The notes below the pieces were generated by a model. The model did not search any database and was not told where the DNA came from. It saw only the letters and a program-made list of their open reading frames with translations. The position numbers were made by a program, and so were the translations under genes. Positions 46,297 through 55,480 of a DNA stretch of 64,000 nt are shown here, piece after piece; position 1 is the stretch's first letter, and the number at the start of each line of letters is the position of its first letter. Origin of the DNA: an uncultured Clostridia bacterium (GTDB lineage Bacteria; Bacillota; Clostridia; Christensenellales; UBA1242); contig CALWKD010000020.1 of the NCBI GenBank assembly GCA_944381175.1, positions 22,888 to 86,887 of the forward strand, in the 5' to 3' direction.

Positions 46297-47018
46297 AATT
46301 AAGTCAAGGCGAGAGAATGGAAGATTTGCAGTGCAAGGGACTTAAAATAATTCAAAATAAAGACCTTTACACCTTCACATCGGACAGCATAATTTTGGCA
46401 AATTTTGTTAAGATAAAGAAAGGTGAAACCGCGGTGGAGATTGGAGCAGGGGGCGGAGTTATTTCAATCTTGGTGCAGGCAAAAAATGAAGCCGAACGCA
46501 TTTTTGCCTTTGAAATTCAACCCGAAATGTTTGATTTGTGCAAGAAAAACATCGAATTAAATGGTCTGCAAGAAAAAATAACTCCAATTTGTGATGATGT
46601 TAAGAATTTTGAAAATTATCTCAAGGAAGAGAGTGTGGATGTCGTTTTTTCAAATCCTCCGTTTTACAAGGAGACAAATTTCCCACAAAGCGAAGTGAAG
46701 AAAATTGCAAAAGAGGAAATTTGCTTGCCGATTGCTGATTTTGTCTCTGTGGCGTCAAAAATGCTTAAAAATGGTGGAAAGTTTTATTGCGTTTATGGGG
46801 CAGAGCGGTCTTGCGAACTTATTGCTCTCTGCCAAAGACACAATCTTGCGGTCAAAGAGTTGTTTTTCACCGAAAATGGAAAAGGAAAGGTGCAACTTGT
46901 CGTGCTAAAATGCGTCAAAAATGGAAAAAATGGAGTCAAAGTCCATCCAAATCTTGCTACTAACGATGAAAATGGCAATTATTTGGAAGCATTGCACACA
47001 AAATATGTTGTTGAATAA
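46293..47018 (+). CDS. yabB: tRNA (adenine-N6) methyltransferase, YabB/TrmN6 family
   Basis: IIQ...FTSDSIIL, EIGAGGG SAM motif, NPPF motif; ATGA-type overlap with yaaT. Confidence 0.85.
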   Translation: MKLSQGERMEDLQCKGLKIIQNKDLYTFTSDSIILANFVKIKKGETAVEIGAGGGVISILVQAKNEAERIFAFEIQPEMFDLCKKNIELNGLQEKITPICDDVKNFENYLKEESVDVVFSNPPFYKETNFPQSEVKKIAKEEICLPIADFVSVASKMLKNGGKFYCVYGAERSCELIALCQRHNLAVKELFFTENGKGKVQLVVLKCVKNGKNGVKVHPNLATNDENGNYLEALHTKYVVE

Positions 47019-47033
47019 GAAAAGGTCATATTT

Positions 47034-47948
47034 TTATGACCTTTCTATTTTTAAGATTTTCACTTTTTTATAAATAATAGAATTTTCTGGTTTGTATGTG
47101 ACGGTTTCACCCACACCTTTCCCGAGCAATGCTTTGCCAAGAGGGCTTTTGTCGCTTATTTCACCTTTTGAATACTGAGCGTTTGATTTTACCTCTTCTT
47201 TATAGGTTCTTTTGCTGTTTTTTGAGTGATTTCCTGTCCAAGTTGGAGAATAGGTTATTGTGGACTCAATTATCTTGACGGAAAATGTTTCTTCCGTGTC
47301 AAGTGCTTCAAGCAAAACTCTGTCACCAATCTTGACGCAAAGTGTAGGTTTTGGAGATTTTTTCTCCCAAGGTGGTGCAGTTGTGGTGGTTTGGGACAAG
47401 ATAAAGTTGATAGGGTTTTTGTGGTCGTAATCGGAATTGTTAAGTCTCTTTTTCGGCGTATTCAACAATTCATCTATGTATTCAAAATCTTTGTAGTTCG
47501 AGGAAGTTTTGATTTTATTCGCATCTTTATTTTCTTTCTTATTGACATCATAAAAAGTCGGAATTTTTGGTGATTTTTTAGTGCTTTTTGAAGTTAGATC
47601 TTTGCCCTTGAGACCTTTTTGGTATTCATCTATTCTATTTTTATATTCTTCCAAAGTTAAATTGTTTTCATAAAGCAACTGCTCAACTCTCTCACATAAT
47701 TTATGATATTTGTTTATTTTTGGCTCAAATTGCTGTATTATCTCATCGCCTTCTAATATGTAAAATCCAACATTATTTTCATTTAACTGTTGGATGACGA
47801 ATGGAAGTTGTTTATCTGTAAATCCAACCGAAAGTTTGCGATTGAACACAAAGAGTTTATATTTGCAAAGAAAAGTAATAATAATCGCGTCATAGTCATA
47901 AGCATTATACCATTCATTTCTTTTGACAATCTTCATTTTGTTTCGCAT
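47034..47948 (-). CDS. Orphan fusion: N-terminal MutS-domain-I-like region + Lys-rich linker + GreA/GreB C-terminal domain
   Basis: N-term WYNAYDYDAIII..L..YKL...VGF...L..VI..L; C-term VKIGDRV...ISDKSPLGKALLGKGVGETV..VKILKIE. ATG 47948 after AAGGAG. Confidence 0.7.
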   Translation of the reverse strand: MRNKMKIVKRNEWYNAYDYDAIIITFLCKYKLFVFNRKLSVGFTDKQLPFVIQQLNENNVGFYILEGDEIIQQFEPKINKYHKLCERVEQLLYENNLTLEEYKNRIDEYQKGLKGKDLTSKSTKKSPKIPTFYDVNKKENKDANKIKTSSNYKDFEYIDELLNTPKKRLNNSDYDHKNPINFILSQTTTTAPPWEKKSPKPTLCVKIGDRVLLEALDTEETFSVKIIESTITYSPTWTGNHSKNSKRTYKEEVKSNAQYSKGEISDKSPLGKALLGKGVGETVTYKPENSIIYKKVKILKIERS

Positions 47949-47966
47949 ACGCAACTCCTTACAGGA

Positions 47967-47994
47967 ATTATAATGCGGGGGGGGGAGTTGTCAA
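47967..47994 (-). promoter_or_regulatory. Consensus sigma-A promoter with a C9 (G9 on + strand) tract in the spacer
   Basis: Minus strand reads TTGACA-ACTCCCCCCCCCGCAT-TATAAT (16-nt spacer); G run at 47977-47985. Confidence 0.85.
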
Positions 47995-48101
47995 GAAAAT
48001 AAAAATAAAATTTCAAAAATTTTCAAAATAGTCAAAAAAGTTAATAATTATTTTGTTATATTGATAAATTTATAGTAAAATAGTGGAAAGTGGAGGGTTT
48101 T

Positions 48102-48956
48102 ATGAAAATTTCAGTCACTGCAGAAAGCACAATCGACTTGACTAAGGAACTTTTGGAAAAATATCAAATTTCCACTCTTCCGTTTTTGGTTATTTTGGGA
48201 GACAAAGAGTTTAAAGACGGCGAGATTTGCTCAACCGATATTTTTAAATTTGTTGAGGAAAATAAAATTTTGCCAAAGACCTCAGCAATAAATAAACAAA
48301 CTTACAAAGATTTTTTTGCTGAGCAACTGAAAGAGAGCGATGCGGTGGTGCATATCAGTCTTTCCAGTCAGATGTCGAGTTCTTGCCAAAATGCCAAAGA
48401 TGCCGCAAGCGAACTTGAAAATGTCTTTGTTGTGGACTCGCTTTCACTTTCGACAGGAATTGCTCTCCTTGCAATTTACGCACGGGAACTTGCACAGCAA
48501 GGACTAAACGCGGAAGAAATTTTCAAAAAAGTCTCCGAAAGAGTGCCTTATGTGCAAGCAAGTTTTGTCATTGAAAGGCTTGACTATTTGTATAAAGGTG
48601 GCCGTTGCAGTGCCTTGGCATATTTTGGTGCAAATTTAATGAAAATTCGACCTCAGATTATCGTTAAACAAGGAAAGATGAGTTCTTACAAAAAATACAG
48701 GGGAAGTATGGACAAAGTTGTCGAAAATTATTGCAAAGACACTTTGGAAGAATTTAACACTCCAGACCGCTCTGTCGCTTTTTTGACTTACACAACTGCG
48801 ACTGAAAAAATGGTTGACGAAGCGAGAAAAGCCTTGGAGAGTGCTGGCTTTAAAAATATTTATGAGACTAGAGCGGGTGCAACAATTTCCAGCCATTGTG
48901 GTGAACATACTTTGGGAATTTTGTATATAAATGACGGAGAAAAATTGCAAAAATAA
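48102..48956 (+). CDS. degV: DegV/FakB-family fatty-acid-binding protein
   Basis: ESTIDL, PKTS, SLSSQMSS, VVDSLSLSTG, KGGR, ISSHCG; ATG after GGAGG. Confidence 0.92.
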   Translation: MKISVTAESTIDLTKELLEKYQISTLPFLVILGDKEFKDGEICSTDIFKFVEENKILPKTSAINKQTYKDFFAEQLKESDAVVHISLSSQMSSSCQNAKDAASELENVFVVDSLSLSTGIALLAIYARELAQQGLNAEEIFKKVSERVPYVQASFVIERLDYLYKGGRCSALAYFGANLMKIRPQIIVKQGKMSSYKKYRGSMDKVVENYCKDTLEEFNTPDRSVAFLTYTTATEKMVDEARKALESAGFKNIYETRAGATISSHCGEHTLGILYINDGEKLQK

Positions 48957-49074
48957 ACATTTTTAATAATAAAAAAATAAAAAATATTTAAAATTAAATG
49001 TTTTTATAAAAATATATTCAAAAATGATTGAAAATAAAGCAAAAATGATAAAAAATGCAAAAATCAACTATTTT

Positions 49075-49108
49075 AAAATACCAAAATATCGAATTTTTGG
49101 TATTTTTT
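49075..49108. terminator. Probable bidirectional terminator between degV and spmB
   Basis: AAAATACCAAAA...TTTTGGTATTTT inverted repeat between convergent genes. Confidence 0.6.
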
Positions 49109-49176
49109 ATTTATTTAATTTTCTTATTTATAAATATTTTTAATTTGTCTTATTTTTATTAAAAAATATTAAATTT

Positions 49177-49683
49177 TTATAATATTTTGCAAATCAAACA
49201 GGCAAGAACCGTGCCGACAAGAGAGCAAACAAGTGCAACTGGAATTGCGTAGAGGAGGCGTTTGACTTTGGTTTGGGAGATGTAGACAGTCGCGACATAG
49301 AAGATTGTTTCACTGCAACCCATTATCACGCAAGCACAGCGGGAGATGTAACTATCCGCTCCATATGTTGCAAATATGTTTTCAAGGATTCCATAACTGC
49401 CACTGCCCGTGAAGGGGCGAAGAAGGACAAGTTCGCATAGTTCGGTTGGTATGCCAAGCAGATTGAAAACGGGAGAGAGAAGATTTGCCAAGACCTCTGT
49501 CAGTCCGCTTACTTTAAGAAGCCCGACCGCAATCAAAATTGATGCAATGAAAGGGAAGATGTCCACGACAAGTTTGATTGCACCCTTTGCTCCCTTGACA
49601 AAAGTTTCATAGGTGTTTACTTTTTTGTAAATGCAGTAGGTGAAGAGGCAAAGAAAGAGAACTGGCAAAACATAAACGCTCAT
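49177..49683 (-). CDS. spmB: Spore maturation protein B
   Basis: YETFVKGAKG, LRPFTGSGS, GCSETIFYV motifs; overlaps spmA. Confidence 0.92.
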   Translation of the reverse strand: MSVYVLPVLFLCLFTYCIYKKVNTYETFVKGAKGAIKLVVDIFPFIASILIAVGLLKVSGLTEVLANLLSPVFNLLGIPTELCELVLLRPFTGSGSYGILENIFATYGADSYISRCACVIMGCSETIFYVATVYISQTKVKRLLYAIPVALVCSLVGTVLACLICKIL

Positions 49684-50276
49684 TTTTTCACCTCAACCGC
49701 TTTTCGTTTGTTTTTAATCTTCTTCAAAATTTTGTCAATAAAAATCACAAGACTTATTCCAAGCACGGTTGTGAAAATGGTGACGAGGAGGGTCGGGAAG
49801 ATTATATCGGCTGGATTTGCACTTCCAGCACTTTGTCTAAGCCCAATGATTGTCGTGGGAAGAAGTTGGATTGAGGTGGCGTTTATGACGATGAGCATTA
49901 TGATTGCAAATGTCGCCTTTCCAGACCCGTCGTCGAGTGCTTTCATAGACTTAATTCCCATTGGTGTGGCTGCATTCCCAATCCCCAAAAGATTTGCAGA
50001 AACGTTCATTGCAATCAATTTTTGGGTCTCTTTGTCTTCCACCCTGAAGATTTTTTTGATGAGAGGTCGCAGAAGCCTTGCAAGTTTTTCGGCAAGTCCG
50101 CTTGCATCGACAAGTTCCATTATTCCAAGCCATATCGCATAGATTGCACAAAGTTCGATGCAGAGTTCGAGTGCGTCGGCGGAGCAAGAAATCATTTCGC
50201 TCAAGACGGCACTTGGGTTTGTCACAAGCAAGACGAGTATGCTTGCAAGCATCATAGTTGTCCAAAAAACATTCAT
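49680..50276 (-). CDS. spmA: Spore maturation protein A
   Basis: WLGIM, MNVSANLLGIGNAATPMG, INATSIQLLPTT. Confidence 0.93.
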   Translation of the reverse strand: MNVFWTTMMLASILVLLVTNPSAVLSEMISCSADALELCIELCAIYAIWLGIMELVDASGLAEKLARLLRPLIKKIFRVEDKETQKLIAMNVSANLLGIGNAATPMGIKSMKALDDGSGKATFAIIMLIVINATSIQLLPTTIIGLRQSAGSANPADIIFPTLLVTIFTTVLGISLVIFIDKILKKIKNKRKAVEVKK

Positions 50277-50425
50277 AATAGATTTTATGAGTTTTGGACA
50301 TAAAAAAGACCGATAGGGTATATATTGCTGGCGAGGCGGAGTGCCGATTGAAATGCGAGATTTTTCGCTGGGGATTGGAAAAAATATTGGTTGATTATTT
50401 TTTGCGGTTTTGTTATACTCTCAAT

Positions 50426-51187
50426 ATGGAAATGATTGATGCACACGCACACATAACAAACGATTGTTATAATGATGTCGATGAAGTTTTGGAAAGAGCA
50501 AAGGAAAGTGGAGTGACAAAGGTGGTTTGTTCGGCCTTTAATCTTTTGTCGTCTCAAAACGCTTTTTCTTTGGCGAAAAAATATCCAAATGTCTTTGCAA
50601 ATGTTGGGTTTCATCCAGAAAATGTTGGGGAAATCGAAAAAAAGTCGCTCGCAGAGATTGAAAAAATGGCAAAGGATGAGAAAGTCGTTGCGATTGGCGA
50701 GATTGGACTTGATTATCACAGTGAGGGGTTTGACAAAGAGAAACAAAAAGAGTTTTTTGTCAAGCAAATCGAAATTGCAAATGCTTTAAAAAAGCCAATT
50801 GTCGTGCACAGCCGAGAGGCAATGGGGGATACAATTGAGATTTTGAAAAAACATCCTCCAATTTGTCCAAGTCTTATGCATTGCTATAGCGGAAGTTTGG
50901 AGAGCGCAAAGATTTTGATGAATCTTGGGTTTTCCTTTTCAATTGGGGGTGTGGTCACTTTCAAAAACGCATGCTCACTTCCAGAAGTTGTGGAAAACAT
51001 TCCACTTGACAGGCTTTTGCTTGAAACCGACTGCCCATTTATGACTCCCGTGCCATATCGCGGACAGAGGAACGAACCAAAAAATGTCGTCTATGTTGCA
51101 GATAAAATTGCACGGCTTAAAGGTATTTCAATTGAAGAGGTGGCATCTGTCACAACAGAAAATGCAAAAAGGTTGTTTAAAATATGA
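50426..51187 (+). CDS. tatD: TatD-family nuclease
   Basis: DAHAH, GFHP, GEIGLDY, HSR, HC, LETD motifs; start reassigned to ATG 50426 (or 50432). Confidence 0.93.
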   Translation: MEMIDAHAHITNDCYNDVDEVLERAKESGVTKVVCSAFNLLSSQNAFSLAKKYPNVFANVGFHPENVGEIEKKSLAEIEKMAKDEKVVAIGEIGLDYHSEGFDKEKQKEFFVKQIEIANALKKPIVVHSREAMGDTIEILKKHPPICPSLMHCYSGSLESAKILMNLGFSFSIGGVVTFKNACSLPEVVENIPLDRLLLETDCPFMTPVPYRGQRNEPKNVVYVADKIARLKGISIEEVASVTTENAKRLFKI

Positions 51188-51984
51188 AAGATTTTGTGTT
51201 TAAGAAAAAATATGGGCAAAATTTCATCAGCGACGCAAACTTACTCAGAGCGATTGCAAATGATGCTGGCGTTGATGAAAAAAGTGAAGTTTTGGAGATT
51301 GGTGCTGGTGCTGGGAGTTTGACAGGGGTCTTGAGCGAAATGGCGAAAAAAGTTGTTTCGTTTGAGATTGACAAAGACCTTGAAGAAAAACTTTTTGGCT
51401 TGGGACTGAAAAATGTTGAGTTTGTTTTTGATGATTTTATGAATTTTCCAATGTCCGAAATTGAAAAAATGTTTGACGGGAAGTTTAAAGTTGTTGCAAA
51501 TTTGCCGTATTACATCACAACTCCAATCATTTTCAAGTTGTTGGAGAACGGACAAAAGGTCGAAAGTTTGACCATAATGGTGCAGAAAGAGGTCGCTGAA
51601 AAGTTCTGTTCGACGGTTGGAGACGGCGATTATGGCATTCCGACTGTTATGACACAGTTTTATGGCGGTGCAAAAATAACGCGAATTGTCAAACGACAAA
51701 TGTTTTATCCTGTTCCGAATGTTGATTCGGCGGTGCTTCATATTGATATTGATAGGGAGAAATTTCCAAATGTCGACCGAAAGAAATTTTCAAAATTTGT
51801 CAAAGTTTGCTTTTCAATGAGAAGGAAAACGCTTTTAAACAACCTCGGCACTACTTTTGACAAACAAAAACTGAAACAAATTTTGGACGAGAAAACGCTT
51901 GCAAGAAGAGCAGAGAGTTTTTCGATTTTGGAGTTTATTGAGATTTTTGAGAAGTGTCAAACTTTGGCACAGTCACAAAATTGA
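51184..51984 (+). CDS. rsmA: 16S rRNA adenine dimethyltransferase KsgA/RsmA
   Basis: KKYGQNF, EIGAGAGSLT, VANLPYYITTP, MVQKEVA. Confidence 0.95.
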   Translation: MKDFVFKKKYGQNFISDANLLRAIANDAGVDEKSEVLEIGAGAGSLTGVLSEMAKKVVSFEIDKDLEEKLFGLGLKNVEFVFDDFMNFPMSEIEKMFDGKFKVVANLPYYITTPIIFKLLENGQKVESLTIMVQKEVAEKFCSTVGDGDYGIPTVMTQFYGGAKITRIVKRQMFYPVPNVDSAVLHIDIDREKFPNVDRKKFSKFVKVCFSMRRKTLLNNLGTTFDKQKLKQILDEKTLARRAESFSILEFIEIFEKCQTLAQSQN

Positions 51985-52006
51985 ATGAATTTTAATATTA
52001 AAGGAT

Positions 52007-52186
52007 ATGAGGGACAATGATGAAGAGTTGATACTTCTTGCGACCTCCATTGCGATGGAACTTTCAAGGGGGTTGGACGTTGAAGAGTTGGAAGATTTGA
52101 GGAATTTTTTCAACCAAATCTCTTGCTCAATCTCAAACCTCATCACAAGGCGTGATTGCGTCTCAAAAAGGAAGAAAAAATTTTAG
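52007..52186 (+). CDS. Small 59-aa protein, DUF6774-like (absent from the ORF track)
   Basis: Manual translation: MRDNDEELILLATSIAMELSRGLDVEELEDLRNFFNQISCSISNLITRRDCVSKRKKKF*. The EL...A.S.A..LS.GL..EEL..L..F..Q pattern is typical of small Firmicute proteins. Confidence 0.6.
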   Translation: MRDNDEELILLATSIAMELSRGLDVEELEDLRNFFNQISCSISNLITRRDCVSKRKKKF

Positions 52187-52225
52187 ACAAAAAAATTGCA
52201 GGGACGGTAGTCTTTAAAAGAATCA

Positions 52226-52262
52226 AAAAAAAGATAGTGGAACAATTTTTCCACTATTTTTT
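52226..52262. terminator. Bidirectional terminator
   Basis: A run-ATAGTGGAA-loop-TTCCACTAT-T run between convergent genes. Confidence 0.7.
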
Positions 52263-52364
52263 GTGTTAATTTGAAAAATGATTGGTTAAAACCAGTTTTG
52301 TTTGGGGCAAATTTTATGATTAGAGCATTGCGGTCTATCAAAAATTTTGTGGAAACACCGTGTG

Positions 52365-52811
52365 TTATGCAATCGCCTCGACAACCACCGAGAATTTTGC
52401 AGTTATCTCAGGGTAGACCCTTGCAAGAATTTGATATGTGCCAGCGTTTTTGATTGGCTCTTTCAATTCGATTTTTTTCTTATCGACAGAGATTCCTATT
52501 TTCTCAAACGCATCTGAGATTTCCTTGCTTGTCACTGAGCCAAAAGTCTTGCCATTGCTTCCGCATTTGATTTGGAGCGTGAGAGTCTTGCCCTCAATCT
52601 TTTTTGCAAGTTCTTTTGCAGCCAAAATTTCTTGTTGTTTGTGGAATTTTGCGGCATCATTTTGAATTTTATTTTCACTCAAGGCACTGTTGTCGGCGAT
52701 CCTCGCACTTCCATTTTTGAGAAGGAAGTTTTTTGCGTAGCCGTCTGAGACTTCTTTGATTTCGCCTTTCTTGCCTGTTCCCTTGACATCTTTAAGTAAA
52801 ACAACTTTCAT
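52365..52811 (-). CDS. rplI: 50S ribosomal protein L9
   Basis: [45 protein letters not shown]; ATG 52811 after AAGGAG. Confidence 0.96.
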   Translation of the reverse strand: MKVVLLKDVKGTGKKGEIKEVSDGYAKNFLLKNGSARIADNSALSENKIQNDAAKFHKQQEILAAKELAKKIEGKTLTLQIKCGSNGKTFGSVTSKEISDAFEKIGISVDKKKIELKEPIKNAGTYQILARVYPEITAKFSVVVEAIA

Positions 52812-52892
52812 ATTTTTCTCCTTATAGGACAAGTTTACATCATTCAGGTTTGATTTGTCAAGAAATGGGGAATATTTGAAGTGGGAGTTATT

Positions 52893-53207
52893 ATGGATAT
52901 CAGATGTAGAAAAACGCTGTGCAAATACAACGACAAATACACTTGCAAGGCAAGGGGCATTTTGATTAAGCGAAGTTGCGAATGTGAGCAATTTGAGAAG
53001 AAGCCAGGAAAGATGGTTGATGACAAGACCAAGAAGATTTTCACGGACGACCCGCCAGAATACGCACCGCAGAGAGATTCGGCGACAATTTCAATAGATT
53101 GCAAAGCGCATTGTCTTTTCAACAAAGAGGGAAAATGTGTTGCAAACGGAATTACGCTCAACGACATCAAAGAGAAACCGCTCTGCGTCACTTTTTTGAG
53201 AGAATAA
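52893..53207 (+). CDS. Cys-rich protein with two DUF1540-like repeats
   Basis: Two C-x3/4-C-x-[YF]N-x4-C-x-A-x-GI units, each ending in C..F. Confidence 0.7.
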   Translation: MDIRCRKTLCKYNDKYTCKARGILIKRSCECEQFEKKPGKMVDDKTKKIFTDDPPEYAPQRDSATISIDCKAHCLFNKEGKCVANGITLNDIKEKPLCVTFLRE

Positions 53208-53266
53208 CGACACAAAGTTTTTAAAAATATGTTGCAAATGGAAAATTTGTGTTGTATAATACGGGT

Positions 53267-54613
53267 ATGGAACGAAATAGGAAGAAAAGTGCAGGTCTAA
53301 ACGTAGAGCCACCAAAGAAAGAGGCCAAACCAGACACTGCAATTTCAAAAATTGAAGCGGACTTTTTTGATGTCTCACGTTATCAACGCAAGCGTGAGAA
53401 CTTGCTTCTTGGCGAATTTTCGGCGGACGGGAAATATTCCATTAAAGACGAAAAAATTCTGCAAAATCTTGTCTCAATGCCAAAAATTTTTCAGGAGAAA
53501 GTCGACAACACGATTTATGCCTATGCAAAGTATGACGGCATAAACTTGAATTTCAAAATTGATATGGACATCTCTGAGTCGTATTGCTCGGCGGAAATAT
53601 ATTTGGTCGAGGTAGAGCACGATGTGGAGGGCGACAACAAATATTTGACACCACTTTCAAATATGGTGGAAATTTACAGCCCAAAATTCAGGGACCACAT
53701 TTTCAAGGCTTGGAACATAAATCTGGAAGAGACTCCTCTTGAAAAGGATGAGGCAAAGGATTATGTTTTTGAATACTTAAGAACAATCCGTGGACAATAT
53801 GATTTCAACAAAGAACTTATTGAGATTTTGTCCCAACTTTATGTTGTGCGTCTGTTGAAACTCTTGGACAACTGTGGAGAGTTGGGGATGAAGATTCAAG
53901 CAGATTACAAAATGCTTTTGGAAAAACTTTTGAAAAAAGACCCATCACTTGCACAAGATTATTCCAGACTCAAACAGATTCTTGATAAAATGATTGAAAA
54001 AAACAAAGGCTTTGACACAATCATTCAAAATGGTGGAGCAGATATTTTGAAGAATTTCTCCCAACCTATTGACAGAGTGAGAGGAAAGATTCCACCAAAT
54101 GCTGTTGAGCCAATTATGGTAAACAAGAAGCCTGCTGTCGAAAAGAAAGAGACTGCTGCACCAAAAAAGAAAAAGAGCAAATCAAAAGGCGGAGACAGCC
54201 CAAAACCATTTGTTTACTCAATCAAAAACTATTCACCGCAAATTTTCAGTATCCCAGACCCAATTGTTGCAAGCATTCTCAATCCACCGACGCAAACTCA
54301 GGAGCAGACGGTGCAAAACGGGCAGGCAAGACAGAGTTCGACGCTTGAGCAACAAGAGGGGAATGTTGAGAATGACGACAAAAAAGAGATTCGAGATAGG
54401 AAAAGTTTGGAAGAAGCCCTAAAAGGCGATGATGGTTTTTCAGTGTTGGAAAACGAGATTGACCTTGCTGATGGCTTTAATGTGAACGAACTCGGCGATG
54501 ACGATGGTTTTAAGGCGGAAAATGATTTAGACCATAAGGAAGAGGACAATTTTAAACTCGAGGAGCAGAAATTGGGAAATGGAAATTTCCGCGATGGTAT
54601 TGATAAATTCTAA
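53267..54613 (+). CDS. Uncharacterised protein (~448 aa) with a Lys-rich patch and acidic low-complexity tail
   Basis: Long ORF with native-looking codon usage; TTGCAA-17 nt-TATAAT directly upstream of ATG 53267. Confidence 0.7.
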   Translation: MERNRKKSAGLNVEPPKKEAKPDTAISKIEADFFDVSRYQRKRENLLLGEFSADGKYSIKDEKILQNLVSMPKIFQEKVDNTIYAYAKYDGINLNFKIDMDISESYCSAEIYLVEVEHDVEGDNKYLTPLSNMVEIYSPKFRDHIFKAWNINLEETPLEKDEAKDYVFEYLRTIRGQYDFNKELIEILSQLYVVRLLKLLDNCGELGMKIQADYKMLLEKLLKKDPSLAQDYSRLKQILDKMIEKNKGFDTIIQNGGADILKNFSQPIDRVRGKIPPNAVEPIMVNKKPAVEKKETAAPKKKKSKSKGGDSPKPFVYSIKNYSPQIFSIPDPIVASILNPPTQTQEQTVQNGQARQSSTLEQQEGNVENDDKKEIRDRKSLEEALKGDDGFSVLENEIDLADGFNVNELGDDDGFKAENDLDHKEEDNFKLEEQKLGNGNFRDGIDKF

Positions 54614-54659
54614 ATTTTGAAGAGTTATTTTGAAATTTTCAATTTTTAAAAGCAAACGA

Positions 54660-54703
54660 AAAATAAAAGGATAGAATTTCGACTGATTCTATCCTTTATT
54701 TTT
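54660..54703. terminator. Bidirectional terminator
   Basis: AAAGGATAGAAT-loop-ATTCTATCCTTT flanked by A and T runs, between convergent genes. Confidence 0.8.
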
Positions 54704-54735
54704 GTAGAGTCGTTGCAAAACCAACGAATTTTTTA

Positions 54736-55332
54736 TTACTTTCCGCCTCTTCCAGAAAGTTGTCTTGCCTTTTCTTGCTCTGCCACGCGTTGCATATAAG
54801 TTGCAGTTCTGGAAGGGAGTTTAATTTTGTGCTCGTCGGAAAGATTTTTGTTTAGTCTTTCTGCCTCATAATAATTTTTTGCAATGCAATCTCTGATTAC
54901 TGCAGAAAATTCCTTTCTGAAAGCGATGATTTCATCACGCCTGCTCACTTGAAGATGTTTGAATTTTTCTTCAAAATATTTTGGATTTGGGAATACAAAC
55001 ATTCCGCCTTCATCTTTGATGGCAGGAGCCATATGAACTATTTGGTCATACATTGAAATCCATTCATAGTTGAAAAGTGTCATATCTTCCTCTGGAGTTA
55101 CAGAGTCACCTTTAAAGGCATCAATGGACACAATAGTTTGATAAGGCATATTGTTTCCATTCATAAACTTCTTCATTTCCACCAAGTCTGCAGAAAAAGT
55201 TATATATTCCAACTTTTCAGATTTTCCGTCTTGCAAAAAGAAATAAGGTCCATCAACAAAAAAGATTGGTTCTGCTCCTGGTGTTGAGGAGTTGATATGT
55301 CTTGCTTGAAGGATGTCATTTATTGTTGCCAT
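54736..55332 (-). CDS. Orphan protein (~198 aa)
   Basis: ATG 55332 (MATINDIL...) after AAAGGAG; promoter TTTACA-17 nt-TATAAT with extended TG at 55395-55367. Confidence 0.7.
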   Translation of the reverse strand: MATINDILQARHINSSTPGAEPIFFVDGPYFFLQDGKSEKLEYITFSADLVEMKKFMNGNNMPYQTIVSIDAFKGDSVTPEEDMTLFNYEWISMYDQIVHMAPAIKDEGGMFVFPNPKYFEEKFKHLQVSRRDEIIAFRKEFSAVIRDCIAKNYYEAERLNKNLSDEHKIKLPSRTATYMQRVAEQEKARQLSGRGGK

Positions 55333-55480
55333 TCCAATTTCTCCTTTAATTTTCTTATCTGTGGCTATTATAACACGAAATTTTGCGTTTGTAAATACCC
55401 TATGCAAAAATTTTTTCTTGTATAATTGCTGTTCTTTTCCCCATTCTACTTTTAGGGTTTCTTGTTTTTTGAGGTGAAAA

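Noticed and set aside
47034-47948. Diversity-generating retroelement, suggested by the MutS-I-like domain and nearby giant surface genes
   Set aside because: No reverse transcriptase, and I found no template/variable repeat pair differing at adenines in this window.
48957-49176. Replication origin in the AT-rich intergenic tracts
   Set aside because: No cluster of TTATCCACA DnaA boxes seen and no dnaA/dnaN nearby.
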